DNA of 64,000 nt. It comes from PVC group bacterium (GTDB taxonomy: Bacteria; Verrucomicrobiota; Kiritimatiellia; CAIKKV01). The number at the start of each line of letters is the position of its first letter. The stretch's first letter is position 1. Position numbers and translations under genes: made by a program. Under the pieces are notes generated by a model, which was not told the DNA's origin, did not search any database, and worked only from the letters and a program-made list of their open reading frames with translations. Positions 47,099 to 54,930 of the stretch are shown here, piece by piece. Location of the stretch: NCBI GenBank assembly GCA_945898015.1, contig CAMDGM010000018.1, positions 4,522 through 68,521 of the forward strand, read 5' to 3'.

Positions 47099-47944
47099 AT
47101 GAAGAGTAAAGCAGCTAATCAGGCTCGAGGAGAAATGCCGCCGCTGATGATCTTGTGCGGGGGCAAGGGAACGCGCTTGAGGGATGTGACGGAACTGCTT
47201 CCCAAGCCCATGGTGCCGATTGGCGAACAGCCCATTGTGTGGCATATCATGCGCAGTTACGCCGCGTTCGGGGTCAACCGGTTTATCCTTTGTCTCGGTT
47301 ATAAGCGCGATTGTTTTGTCGATTATTTCCTGAATTTCCATGCTTATGCGTCGGACGTCACCGTGCAACTTGGCCGGCACCACGGCATTACCTATCATGA
47401 CGAGGCGGTGGAGGCCGACTGGGAGGTCACGCTGGCGAATACGGGTATTGACACCATGACGGGGGGGCGTGTGGCCATCGCCGCCAAGCATTTACGGGAA
47501 ACCGATACGTCGTTTTTTCTGACCTATGGAGATGCCGTTTCGGACATCGACATTGCGGCCTCGTTGGCGTTTCACCGGCGCAGCGGCAAGTTGATTACGG
47601 TCGCGGCGGTTCATCCCGAGGGGCGGTTTGGTGAAATGCGACTCAAGGATGGGTGTGTGCACGGGTTCGAGGAAAAGCCGTCCCGCGTTGAAGGGTTCAT
47701 CAATGGCGGGTTCATGGTGCTTGAGAAGGCCTTTGTGTCCCGGTACCTGGCCATAGACAAAGATTTGTTTTTCGAGCAAGCGCCGATGCGGCGGGCCATG
47801 GCGGATAATCAGATGGCCGCCTATCCGCACGAAGGTTTCTGGCAGTGCATGGACACGCCCCGTGAATATCAACTGCTGAATGATTTATGGAAAAGCGGGT
47901 CTGCTCCGTGGACGGCTCGATGGCAACCGGACGCGACGGTATGA
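47099..47944 (+). CDS. rfbF: Glucose-1-phosphate cytidylyltransferase
   Basis: MILCGGKGTRLRDVTELLPKPMVPIGEQPIVWHIMRSY...FILCLGYK...TGGR...EGFWQCMDTPRE, the typical RfbF/DdhA pattern. The start is ATG 47099 or 47135. Confidence 0.85.
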   Translation: MKSKAANQARGEMPPLMILCGGKGTRLRDVTELLPKPMVPIGEQPIVWHIMRSYAAFGVNRFILCLGYKRDCFVDYFLNFHAYASDVTVQLGRHHGITYHDEAVEADWEVTLANTGIDTMTGGRVAIAAKHLRETDTSFFLTYGDAVSDIDIAASLAFHRRSGKLITVAAVHPEGRFGEMRLKDGCVHGFEEKPSRVEGFINGGFMVLEKAFVSRYLAIDKDLFFEQAPMRRAMADNQMAAYPHEGFWQCMDTPREYQLLNDLWKSGSAPWTARWQPDATV

Positions 47945-49035
47945 ACTTTCCGGCTTTCCGTGACAAACGCGTTTTGCTAACCGGGCACACCGGATTTAAA
48001 GGCTCCTGGTTGGCCTTGTGGCTTCACCGGTTAGGCGCGAACGTGCATGGTTACTCGTTGCCGCCTCCGACCGAACCGTCCAATTACGCGCTTTCGAAGG
48101 TGCGGAACGTTTTGGCGGATGAAACGATCGGGGATATTCAAGACCGGGGCCTCTTGACCCGGACTCTTGCCGCGTTCAAGCCGGATGTCATTTTTCATCT
48201 GGCGGCCCAGCCGCTGGTGCGCGACAGCTATGCCATGCCCTTCGAGACGTTTGAGGTGAACGTGATGGGCACGGCCAGCCTGCTGGATGCGGTGCGCGAG
48301 TTGAACCGGCCCTGTGCTGTTGTTTGCATTACAACGGACAAATGTTACGAAAATCGTGAGCAGGTCTGGGGCTATCGCGAGTGCGATCCGATGGGTGGGC
48401 ACGACCCTTATAGCGCCAGCAAAGGGGCGGCCGAAATCCTGATTGCGTCCTATCGGCGTTCATTCTTTAATCCAGCGGAACTGCACCGGCATGGCGTGCA
48501 AGTGGCATCGGCACGTGCGGGCAATGTGATTGGCGGCGGCGACTGGGCACGTGACCGGATTGTGACCGATATGGTGGCGGCGCTAATGGAAGGCCGTCCT
48601 GTATCGGTGCGCAATCCGCATGCGATCCGCCCGTGGCAGCATGTGCTGGAACCGCTTTCCGGGTATTTGGCATTGGCTTCGGCCATGTTGGGAAAGGCGG
48701 ATGCCAAATGGTGTGAAGGCTGGAATTTCGGTCCTGTTTCCGGGTCCGAGATGCCGGTGGGGAAGTTGGCGGATGCTTTTGTGAAAGCGTGGGGAAAGGG
48801 TGAGTGGGTGGATCAAAGCACGCCCAACCAGCCCCATGAGGCCTCCATTCTCCGGTTGAGCATTGAAAAAGCCGGGTGGTTGCTCGGCTGGCGCCCCCGG
48901 TGGACGTGCGAAGAGATGGTGGAGAAGACCGCCCGGTGGTATCGAAGCGTGCTGTGCGAAGGGGGCGATGCCCGGAAAGCGTGCGAGGCGGATATTGGGG
49001 AATATGAGAAAAAACAGGTTTTAAAGCCTGGGTGA
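47941..49035 (+). CDS. rfbG: CDP-glucose 4,6-dehydratase
   Basis: FRDKRVLLTGHTGFKGSWLALWL, DPYSASKGAAE and IRPWQHVLEPLSGYL. The start overlaps the rfbF stop as ATGA. Confidence 0.9.
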   Translation: MNFPAFRDKRVLLTGHTGFKGSWLALWLHRLGANVHGYSLPPPTEPSNYALSKVRNVLADETIGDIQDRGLLTRTLAAFKPDVIFHLAAQPLVRDSYAMPFETFEVNVMGTASLLDAVRELNRPCAVVCITTDKCYENREQVWGYRECDPMGGHDPYSASKGAAEILIASYRRSFFNPAELHRHGVQVASARAGNVIGGGDWARDRIVTDMVAALMEGRPVSVRNPHAIRPWQHVLEPLSGYLALASAMLGKADAKWCEGWNFGPVSGSEMPVGKLADAFVKAWGKGEWVDQSTPNQPHEASILRLSIEKAGWLLGWRPRWTCEEMVEKTARWYRSVLCEGGDARKACEADIGEYEKKQVLKPG

Positions 49036-49280
49036 AGAAGAAGAGACCACTACGAAACACGCGGAAGGCGCGAAAACCGGTTGGTTGAAGAAGAGACCAC
49101 TACGAAACACGCGGAAGACGCGAAAACAGGTTGGTTAAAGAAGAAGCCACTACGAAACACGCGGAAGACGCGAAAACAGGTTGGTTGAAGAAGAGACCAC
49201 TACGAAACACGCGGAAGACGCGAAAACAGGTTGGTTGAAGAAGAAGAGACCACTACGAAACACGCGGAAGGCCCGAAAAT
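49033..49280 (+). repeat. Tandem direct repeat, 5 copies of a roughly 50-nt unit
   Basis: The unit is TGAAGAAGAGACCACTACGAAACACGCGGAAGACGCGAAAACAGGTTGGT. The core CCACTACGAAACACGCGGAAG starts at 49047, 49097, 49147, 49197 and 49250, giving periods of 50, 50, 50 and 53 nt. Copy 1 overlaps the rfbG stop. Copy 5 runs into the GxxExxY start codon. There are no unique spacers. Confidence 0.9.
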
Positions 49281-49710
49281 GGGAGTTGATCTTCTATTTA
49301 AAGAGGAAAGTTATCAGATTATCGGAGCTTGTTTCGAGGTCTATAAGGACAAGGGAAGTGGTTTTCTGGAGGCCGTTTATCAGGAATGTTTGGCTATTGA
49401 GTTTGCTGATCGAGGGGTTAGGTTTGTTGAGCAATCCAGGCTTAATCTTGAGTACAAGGGGCGGGTGCTTCGATTAACCTATGAGCCCGATTTTCTTTGC
49501 TTTGACAAGATTATTCTCGAAATTAAGGCTGTAAAGAATTTGGCAGATGAACATCGAGCCCAGGTCATCAATTACTTGAAAGCAACCGACAAAAAGCTGG
49601 GTTTATTAGTCAATTTCGGGCACTATCCCATGATCGAACATGAAAGGTTTGTCAATCAGAGTTCTCGCGCTTCGCGGTCAGACGTTTCGTGTTTTTCGCG
49701 TGTTTCGTAG
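49279..49710 (+). CDS. GxxExxY family protein (PD-(D/E)XK nuclease superfamily)
   Basis: MGVDLLFKEESYQIIGACFEVYKDKGSGFLEAVYQECLAIEF...YEPDFLCFDKIILEIKAV...QVINYLKATDKKLGLLVNFG. It carries the GxxExxY motif (GFLEAVY) and a D...E-x-K core. The ORF-track start at 49231 would read through the repeat. Confidence 0.8.
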   Translation: MGVDLLFKEESYQIIGACFEVYKDKGSGFLEAVYQECLAIEFADRGVRFVEQSRLNLEYKGRVLRLTYEPDFLCFDKIILEIKAVKNLADEHRAQVINYLKATDKKLGLLVNFGHYPMIEHERFVNQSSRASRSDVSCFSRVS

Positions 49711-49789
49711 TTAACAGATGGGGCTGGTTGAGGTAATGCGGAATGTTGTAGAATTTCGCTTCGTCACAATCAGGTGAAGAAGGGCTTGC

Positions 49790-51118
49790 ATGATGTCAGC
49801 GGAACAATTGAAAGCGGAAATTCTGGCCAAAGTGGCGGAGTATTACCACCAGGTTCATGAGCCTGCCCAGAGCAAGCCGTTTGTGCCCGGCCAGTCCCGC
49901 ATCAACTATGCCGGGCGCGTGTTTGACGAACGCGAAATGGTGAACCTGGTCGACTCGTCGCTCGATTTCTGGCTGACATATGGCGACTACTCCCGTACCT
50001 TTGAGAAACGGCTGGCTGATTATCTCGGCGTTCGATGGGCGCTTCTGGTCAATTCCGGCTCATCGGCCAATCTGCTGGCCTTCATGGCCCTTACGTCGCC
50101 GCTGCTTCAAGATCGGCAGATCAGGCGAGGGGATGAAGTCATCACGATCGCGTGCGGTTTCCCGACCACCGTCGCACCGATCATCCAGTATGGTGCCGTG
50201 CCGGTATTTCTCGATGTCGATCTGGCCACCGCCAACATTGATGTTTCCCGGCTTGAGTCCGCCGTGTCGTCAAAAACAAAAGCGGTCATGCTGGCGCATA
50301 CGCTGGGCAATCCCTTTGACGTCCGAGCGGTCAAGGCCTTTTGCGACAAGCATGCCCTGTGGCTGATCGAAGACAACTGCGACGCGCTGGGGAGCCGTGT
50401 GGACGGGATGCTTACAGGCGCCTTTGGGGATATCGGCACCTCCAGTTTCTATCCGCCTCATCACATGACCATGGGGGAGGGCGGGGCGGTCTACACGAAC
50501 AACCCCGTGCTTCGTAAAGTCATGTTTTCGCTCCGCGACTGGGGCCGCGATTGTTGGTGTGACAGCGGTGTTGACAACACATGCCGCAAGCGGTTTTCAA
50601 CCCAGCACGGGTCTCTTCCGTTTGGCTATGACCACAAATACGTCTATAGCCATTTCGGTTATAATCTTAAAGCGACGGACATGCAGGCGGCCATTGGGTG
50701 CGCCCAGCTCGACAAGCTTCCGGGGTTCATCGAGAAGCGAAAAGAGAATTTTCGTGTCCTTTATGAGGGCTTGAAAGACGTTGATTGGCTGCTGATGCCA
50801 CAGTGTATATCCGGTTCCGATCCATCCTGGTTCGGCTTCCTGATGACCCTCAAAGACGGTGCGCCAGTCACCCGCAATCAATTGGCCGAACATCTGGAGC
50901 GGCAACATATCCAGACGCGCAATTTGTTTGCAGGCAACCTCTTGCGCCATCCTTGTTTTGATAGCTTAAAAGAGGGGATTGATTACCGTATTGCGGGTGC
51001 CTTGACGAATACGGACAAGATTATGAATGACAGTCTTTGGGTTGGTGTCTATCCGGGGATGGACCGTGAACGGCTGACGTATATGATCAATACAGTCCGG
51101 CTACGCTTTTCCGTTTAG
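49790..51118 (+). CDS. rfbH: CDP-6-deoxy-4-keto-hexose 3-dehydrase (RfbH/DdhC/E1-type, DegT/DnrJ/EryC1 fold)
   Basis: 442 aa. The N-terminus is KAEILAKVAEYYHQVHEP...FVPGQSRINYAGRVFDEREMVNLVDSSLDFWLTYG. DNCDALGS is present, as is a Cys-rich segment (RDWGRDCWCDSGVDNTCRKRF), as in RfbH [2Fe-2S] enzymes. Confidence 0.85.
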   Translation: MMSAEQLKAEILAKVAEYYHQVHEPAQSKPFVPGQSRINYAGRVFDEREMVNLVDSSLDFWLTYGDYSRTFEKRLADYLGVRWALLVNSGSSANLLAFMALTSPLLQDRQIRRGDEVITIACGFPTTVAPIIQYGAVPVFLDVDLATANIDVSRLESAVSSKTKAVMLAHTLGNPFDVRAVKAFCDKHALWLIEDNCDALGSRVDGMLTGAFGDIGTSSFYPPHHMTMGEGGAVYTNNPVLRKVMFSLRDWGRDCWCDSGVDNTCRKRFSTQHGSLPFGYDHKYVYSHFGYNLKATDMQAAIGCAQLDKLPGFIEKRKENFRVLYEGLKDVDWLLMPQCISGSDPSWFGFLMTLKDGAPVTRNQLAEHLERQHIQTRNLFAGNLLRHPCFDSLKEGIDYRIAGALTNTDKIMNDSLWVGVYPGMDRERLTYMINTVRLRFSV

Positions 51119-51156
51119 GGTGATGGTTAATCAACGAATCGTGGGTGTTTCAGGCG

Positions 51157-52869
51157 ATGACAGTTGCTGAATATATTGCGAGTGAACTTTTCCGGCGTGG
51201 AATAGAACGTGTGTTCGAGGTCACGGGCGGAATGATCACGTATCTGCTAGATGCCCTGCATCGTGATGGGCGAGTTCAGATTGTTTCCCTTCATCATGAG
51301 CAATCTGCGGCGATGGCGGCTGACGCCTACGGGCGGTTGACTGGAAGGCCGGGTGTGGCGATGGCTACCAGCGGGCCTGGCGCGATTAACCTGCTGACCG
51401 GAATAGCCGGATCCTATTTTGACTCGACGCCGACGGTGTTTATCACGGGACAGGTCAATCGTAACGAGCAACGAGGTGAAAAGGGTATTCGTCAGCAAGG
51501 CTTTCAAGAGACCGACATTGTGAGTATGGCGCATGCCGTCACTAAGGGGTCTTGGATCGTTAATGATCCCGCTTTGCTGCCCGCCACGTTGGATGCGGCC
51601 TTTCGGTTAGCGGTGGAGGGGCGCCCGGGTCCGGTATTGTTGGACATTCCCATGGATGTGCAACGGCAGGAAATGAGCGGGATGCCGGTTGTTTGTGTTC
51701 CACCTGGATCAATACAAAAACCAGCACTCCTATCTCGATCCCTTGCGAAAGAGGTCCTGTCTGCCTTGGTGTTGGCTGATCGTCCTCTCATCCTGGTGGG
51801 TGGGGGGGTCCGCGCGGCCGGGGCGGCCGAACATTTTCGGGCGTGGTCGCAGCGCATCGGCATCCCGGTGGTGTATTCGCTTATGGGGGTTGATGTGTTG
51901 CCGTCCGGCAGTCCGATTCGGGTTGGACTGGTTGGAACCAATGGTAATCGCTGGGCTAACAAGGCCATGGTGGAAGCGGATGCCATGCTTGTTTTAGGAT
52001 GCCGCCTCGACGTGCGGCAGACGGGGTCGAATATAGACGGTTTTTCGGGTCAACGGATTTTCCATGTGGATTGCGTCGAGGAGCAGATCAACAATCGGAT
52101 AAAAGGTAGTGTGCCGATTGTTGCAGGCATTCTCGATTTCCTGGTTGCTGCAGAGGAGGTGACGAGTTCGATCGCCTGGCCGAATAGGCGGGAGTGGTCA
52201 GCTCGAATTGATCGGTGGTATCGACATCGAACGGATTGCGACGAGTTTGAAAAGGATATTCCGCTGAATCCCAATTGGGTTGTGCGAGAGTTGACACGCG
52301 CAATTCCTTCTGTTCGAGTGATTGTGACGGATGTCGGTCAGAATCAACTATGGGCCGCGCAGTCGGCTTGTGTGGGTGACGATCAACGATTCCTTACGCC
52401 CGGAGGTTTGGGGGCAATGGGTTTTGGATTGCCGGCTGCCATTTCAGCAGCCATGACGTCCGGCGAAACGATACTGTTTTCTGGAGATGGTGGATTTCAG
52501 ATGAATATCCAGGAACTTCAGAGCGTGGTTCACCATGCCTTGCCGTTGCGCATGGTGGTGCTGAACAATCAGTCGTTAGGAATGGTGCGTCAGTTTCAAG
52601 ATGCTTATCTTGAGGGTCGCTATCAGTCAACAGTATGGGGTTACTCGGCGCCGGATTTCGAAAAAGTGGCGACTGCCTATGGTGTGCCGTCCAAAACCAT
52701 CTCTAAAACCGAGGAATTCAGCGCGGCCTTAGCGTGGATGAGAAAGCAGAAGGCGTCGTGTCTTTTGCAAGTCATGGTGGATTCAGCAATTGACCTTAAT
52801 CCGAAAGTCAAGTTCGGCAACCCCCTTTCAAATATGGACCCGGCAGTCGATTTTGATGTTGGCCCATGA
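51157..52869 (+). CDS. Thiamine-diphosphate enzyme, acetolactate-synthase-large-subunit-like (YerE-like candidate)
   Basis: N-terminal Pyr domain: VFEVTGGMI...HHEQSAAMAADAYGR...ATSGPGAINLLTGIAGSYFDSTP. ThDP motif: GDGGFQMNIQEL...VVLNNQSLG. ATG at 51157 is preferred over GTG at 51145. Confidence 0.8.
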   Translation: MTVAEYIASELFRRGIERVFEVTGGMITYLLDALHRDGRVQIVSLHHEQSAAMAADAYGRLTGRPGVAMATSGPGAINLLTGIAGSYFDSTPTVFITGQVNRNEQRGEKGIRQQGFQETDIVSMAHAVTKGSWIVNDPALLPATLDAAFRLAVEGRPGPVLLDIPMDVQRQEMSGMPVVCVPPGSIQKPALLSRSLAKEVLSALVLADRPLILVGGGVRAAGAAEHFRAWSQRIGIPVVYSLMGVDVLPSGSPIRVGLVGTNGNRWANKAMVEADAMLVLGCRLDVRQTGSNIDGFSGQRIFHVDCVEEQINNRIKGSVPIVAGILDFLVAAEEVTSSIAWPNRREWSARIDRWYRHRTDCDEFEKDIPLNPNWVVRELTRAIPSVRVIVTDVGQNQLWAAQSACVGDDQRFLTPGGLGAMGFGLPAAISAAMTSGETILFSGDGGFQMNIQELQSVVHHALPLRMVVLNNQSLGMVRQFQDAYLEGRYQSTVWGYSAPDFEKVATAYGVPSKTISKTEEFSAALAWMRKQKASCLLQVMVDSAIDLNPKVKFGNPLSNMDPAVDFDVGP

Positions 52870-52980
52870 TGGAAAGTCGTTTCTTGTTTTCCGAGCCAGT
52901 CTTAGTTGATGTAGATGTGCAAAACGAGCTGAGATGGAATGTAGTCTTTTTGATATTGGGTGGGAGGAGAACATCCGGGT

Positions 52981-53868
52981 ATGACTTTGGCGAAAACAAA
53001 GGTTGCCATTATCGGCACAGGCAATATCGGCGCGGATTTGTTAGTAAAAGTTCGCCGCAGTTCATTCCTGGAATGTTCTTTATTTGCAGGACGCAGTCTT
53101 GACTCAGCGGGCATGCGATTCGCTGCTGACCTGGGTGTTCGCGTCACCGATCAATCGATTAAAGCGATTGTCGGCGATCCGGGGTGTTGCGACATTGTTT
53201 TTGATGCGACATCCGCCAGCATTCATCAGGAACACGCTCCGATATTAAAGGGACTTGGTAAGTTCGCGATTGATTTAACGCCCTCTAAAATTGGATCCAT
53301 GTGCATCCCTGTGATCAATCGAGAAGCGTGTTTGATAGAGTCAAATGTGAATCTTGTAACTTGCGGGGGGCAGGCCACGGTTCCGATTGCCTTTGCGATT
53401 AGCCAGGTTCATCCGGATGTTGAATATATTGAAGTTGTTTCCAGTATTTCGTCTCGGTCTGCCGGTCCCGGTACGCGTGCTAATATCGATGAGTTTACGC
53501 AGACCACCAAGGATGCCCTATTATTTTTTACCGGTGTTCCCCATGCGAAGACAATTATCATTCTCAATCCGGCTGAACCGCCCATCCTCATGCGCAACAC
53601 AATTTATTCGATTATCCCGAAGCCGGATCTTGACGCTCTCCGTTTAGCGGTTAAGCGTATGGAGAAACGGATTCAAGAGTATGTTCCAGGATACAAGGTG
53701 ATCATGGACCCTGTTTTTGAGAACGGACGTGTTACGATCATGGTTCAGGTGACTGGTTTGGGGGATTATCTTCCGCCCTATTCCGGAAATCTTGATATTA
53801 TTACATGTGCGGCCGTTCATGTTGCCGAGGCGTTCGCGAAAAAGAAACAGAAAGGCGGGCATGAATAA
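52981..53868 (+). CDS. Acetaldehyde dehydrogenase (acetylating), DmpF/MhpF/BphJ family
   Basis: KVAIIGTGNIGADLLVKV, the active-site Cys region NLVTCGGQATVPI, and RANIDEFTQTT. GGGAGGAGA lies about 11-19 nt upstream of ATG 52981. Confidence 0.85.
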   Translation: MTLAKTKVAIIGTGNIGADLLVKVRRSSFLECSLFAGRSLDSAGMRFAADLGVRVTDQSIKAIVGDPGCCDIVFDATSASIHQEHAPILKGLGKFAIDLTPSKIGSMCIPVINREACLIESNVNLVTCGGQATVPIAFAISQVHPDVEYIEVVSSISSRSAGPGTRANIDEFTQTTKDALLFFTGVPHAKTIIILNPAEPPILMRNTIYSIIPKPDLDALRLAVKRMEKRIQEYVPGYKVIMDPVFENGRVTIMVQVTGLGDYLPPYSGNLDIITCAAVHVAEAFAKKKQKGGHE

Positions 53869-54907
53869 GCTTCGTTTTTTCGATGCAACTTTGCGCGATG
53901 GCTCTCATGCGAATGCTCATCAGATAACGACTGATTGTATCAGCCGGTATTGTCAAGCCGTGGACGATGCCGGCTTATATACGGTTATTGTTGGCCATGG
54001 TAATGGTCTTGGGGCCAGTTCATTGCAAGTAGGTCTGTCGTTGCATACGGAAGCGGAGATGCTGGCAGCGGCTAAGCCGAATCTGAAAAAAACTCGATTA
54101 GGTGTATATTTAATTCCTGGATTTGGCACGATTCATGATCATATCGCTCCGGCCATTGCCCAGGGGATACAGCTTGTAAAAGTCGGTTGCCATTGTACGG
54201 AAGCGGATGTTACCAAGCAGCACATTGAATATGCGAGCACTCACGGGGTTGAGGCATACGGTGTTCTGATGATGTCTCATATGGCGGAGCCTGAACGCCT
54301 GCTGGCAGAGGCGAAGAAAATGCAGTCCTATGGGGCCCTTGGCGTGATTCTGATGGATTCTGCCGGCGCCTTATTGCCCAAGCAAGTTTCCGAGCGAGTC
54401 AAGCGGATCGTGGCTGAATGCGGGATGGCGGTTGGATTTCATGCCCACAACAACATGGGCCTGGCGGTTGCAAATACGCTTGCCGCAATTGATTCCGGGG
54501 CGCTTATTGTTGATGCTACCTTGCGTGGACTGGGGGCCGGGGCCGGGAACTGTCAGGTCGAGGTTCTCTGCGGCGTTCTCCAGAAAATGAATATCGATAC
54601 TGGGCTGGATTTTTATCGGTTATTGGATGTTTGTGACTCAATTGTCACACCTTGCTTGCAAAAAAAGCCAACGGAAATAACATCGCTTAGTCTCGTGGGT
54701 GGCCTTTCTGGTGTCTTTAGCGCTTTTACCGAGCACATCAAAAAAGCGGCGATTCGTTTTGACGTCGATCCTCGAGATATCTTTGTCGAACTCGGCAAAC
54801 GGAAAGTGGTCGGTGGTCAGGAAGACATGATTGTGGATGTGGCCATGAACCTTGCGCAACGTACGCGTAAGGACGACGTCTCGTTTCTAATGGAATCTTT
54901 GCTTTAG
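53861..54907 (+). CDS. 4-hydroxy-2-oxovalerate aldolase, DmpG/MhpE/BphI family
   Basis: LRFFDATLRDGSHA, VGFHAHNNMGLAVANTLAAI and LRGLGAGAGNCQVEVL. The start overlaps the dehydrogenase gene by 8 nt. Confidence 0.9.
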   Translation: MNKLRFFDATLRDGSHANAHQITTDCISRYCQAVDDAGLYTVIVGHGNGLGASSLQVGLSLHTEAEMLAAAKPNLKKTRLGVYLIPGFGTIHDHIAPAIAQGIQLVKVGCHCTEADVTKQHIEYASTHGVEAYGVLMMSHMAEPERLLAEAKKMQSYGALGVILMDSAGALLPKQVSERVKRIVAECGMAVGFHAHNNMGLAVANTLAAIDSGALIVDATLRGLGAGAGNCQVEVLCGVLQKMNIDTGLDFYRLLDVCDSIVTPCLQKKPTEITSLSLVGGLSGVFSAFTEHIKKAAIRFDVDPRDIFVELGKRKVVGGQEDMIVDVAMNLAQRTRKDDVSFLMESLL

Positions 54908-54930
54908 TTTTCTAACGGATGAGGTTTCAC

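Noticed and set aside
49033-49280. Possible CRISPR array: regularly spaced repeats next to a nuclease-fold gene.
   Set aside because: The ~50-nt units abut each other and are conserved along their whole length. There are no unique spacers, so this is a tandem direct repeat and not a CRISPR array.
49181-49477. ORF-track ORFs 49181..49477 and 49231..49710, which read through the repeat (MVEEETTTKHAEDAKT...).
   Set aside because: The N-terminal extensions are translations of the tandem repeat. The GxxExxY family protein begins naturally at MGVDLLFKEES (49279).
49711-49789. Possible internal promoter (TAGAAT at about 49749-49754) that would re-start transcription of rfbH after the GxxExxY insertion.
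   Set aside because: No -35 element lies at an acceptable spacing: TTGAGG is at 15 nt and TGGTTG is at 18 nt. It is plausible but not supportable as a feature.
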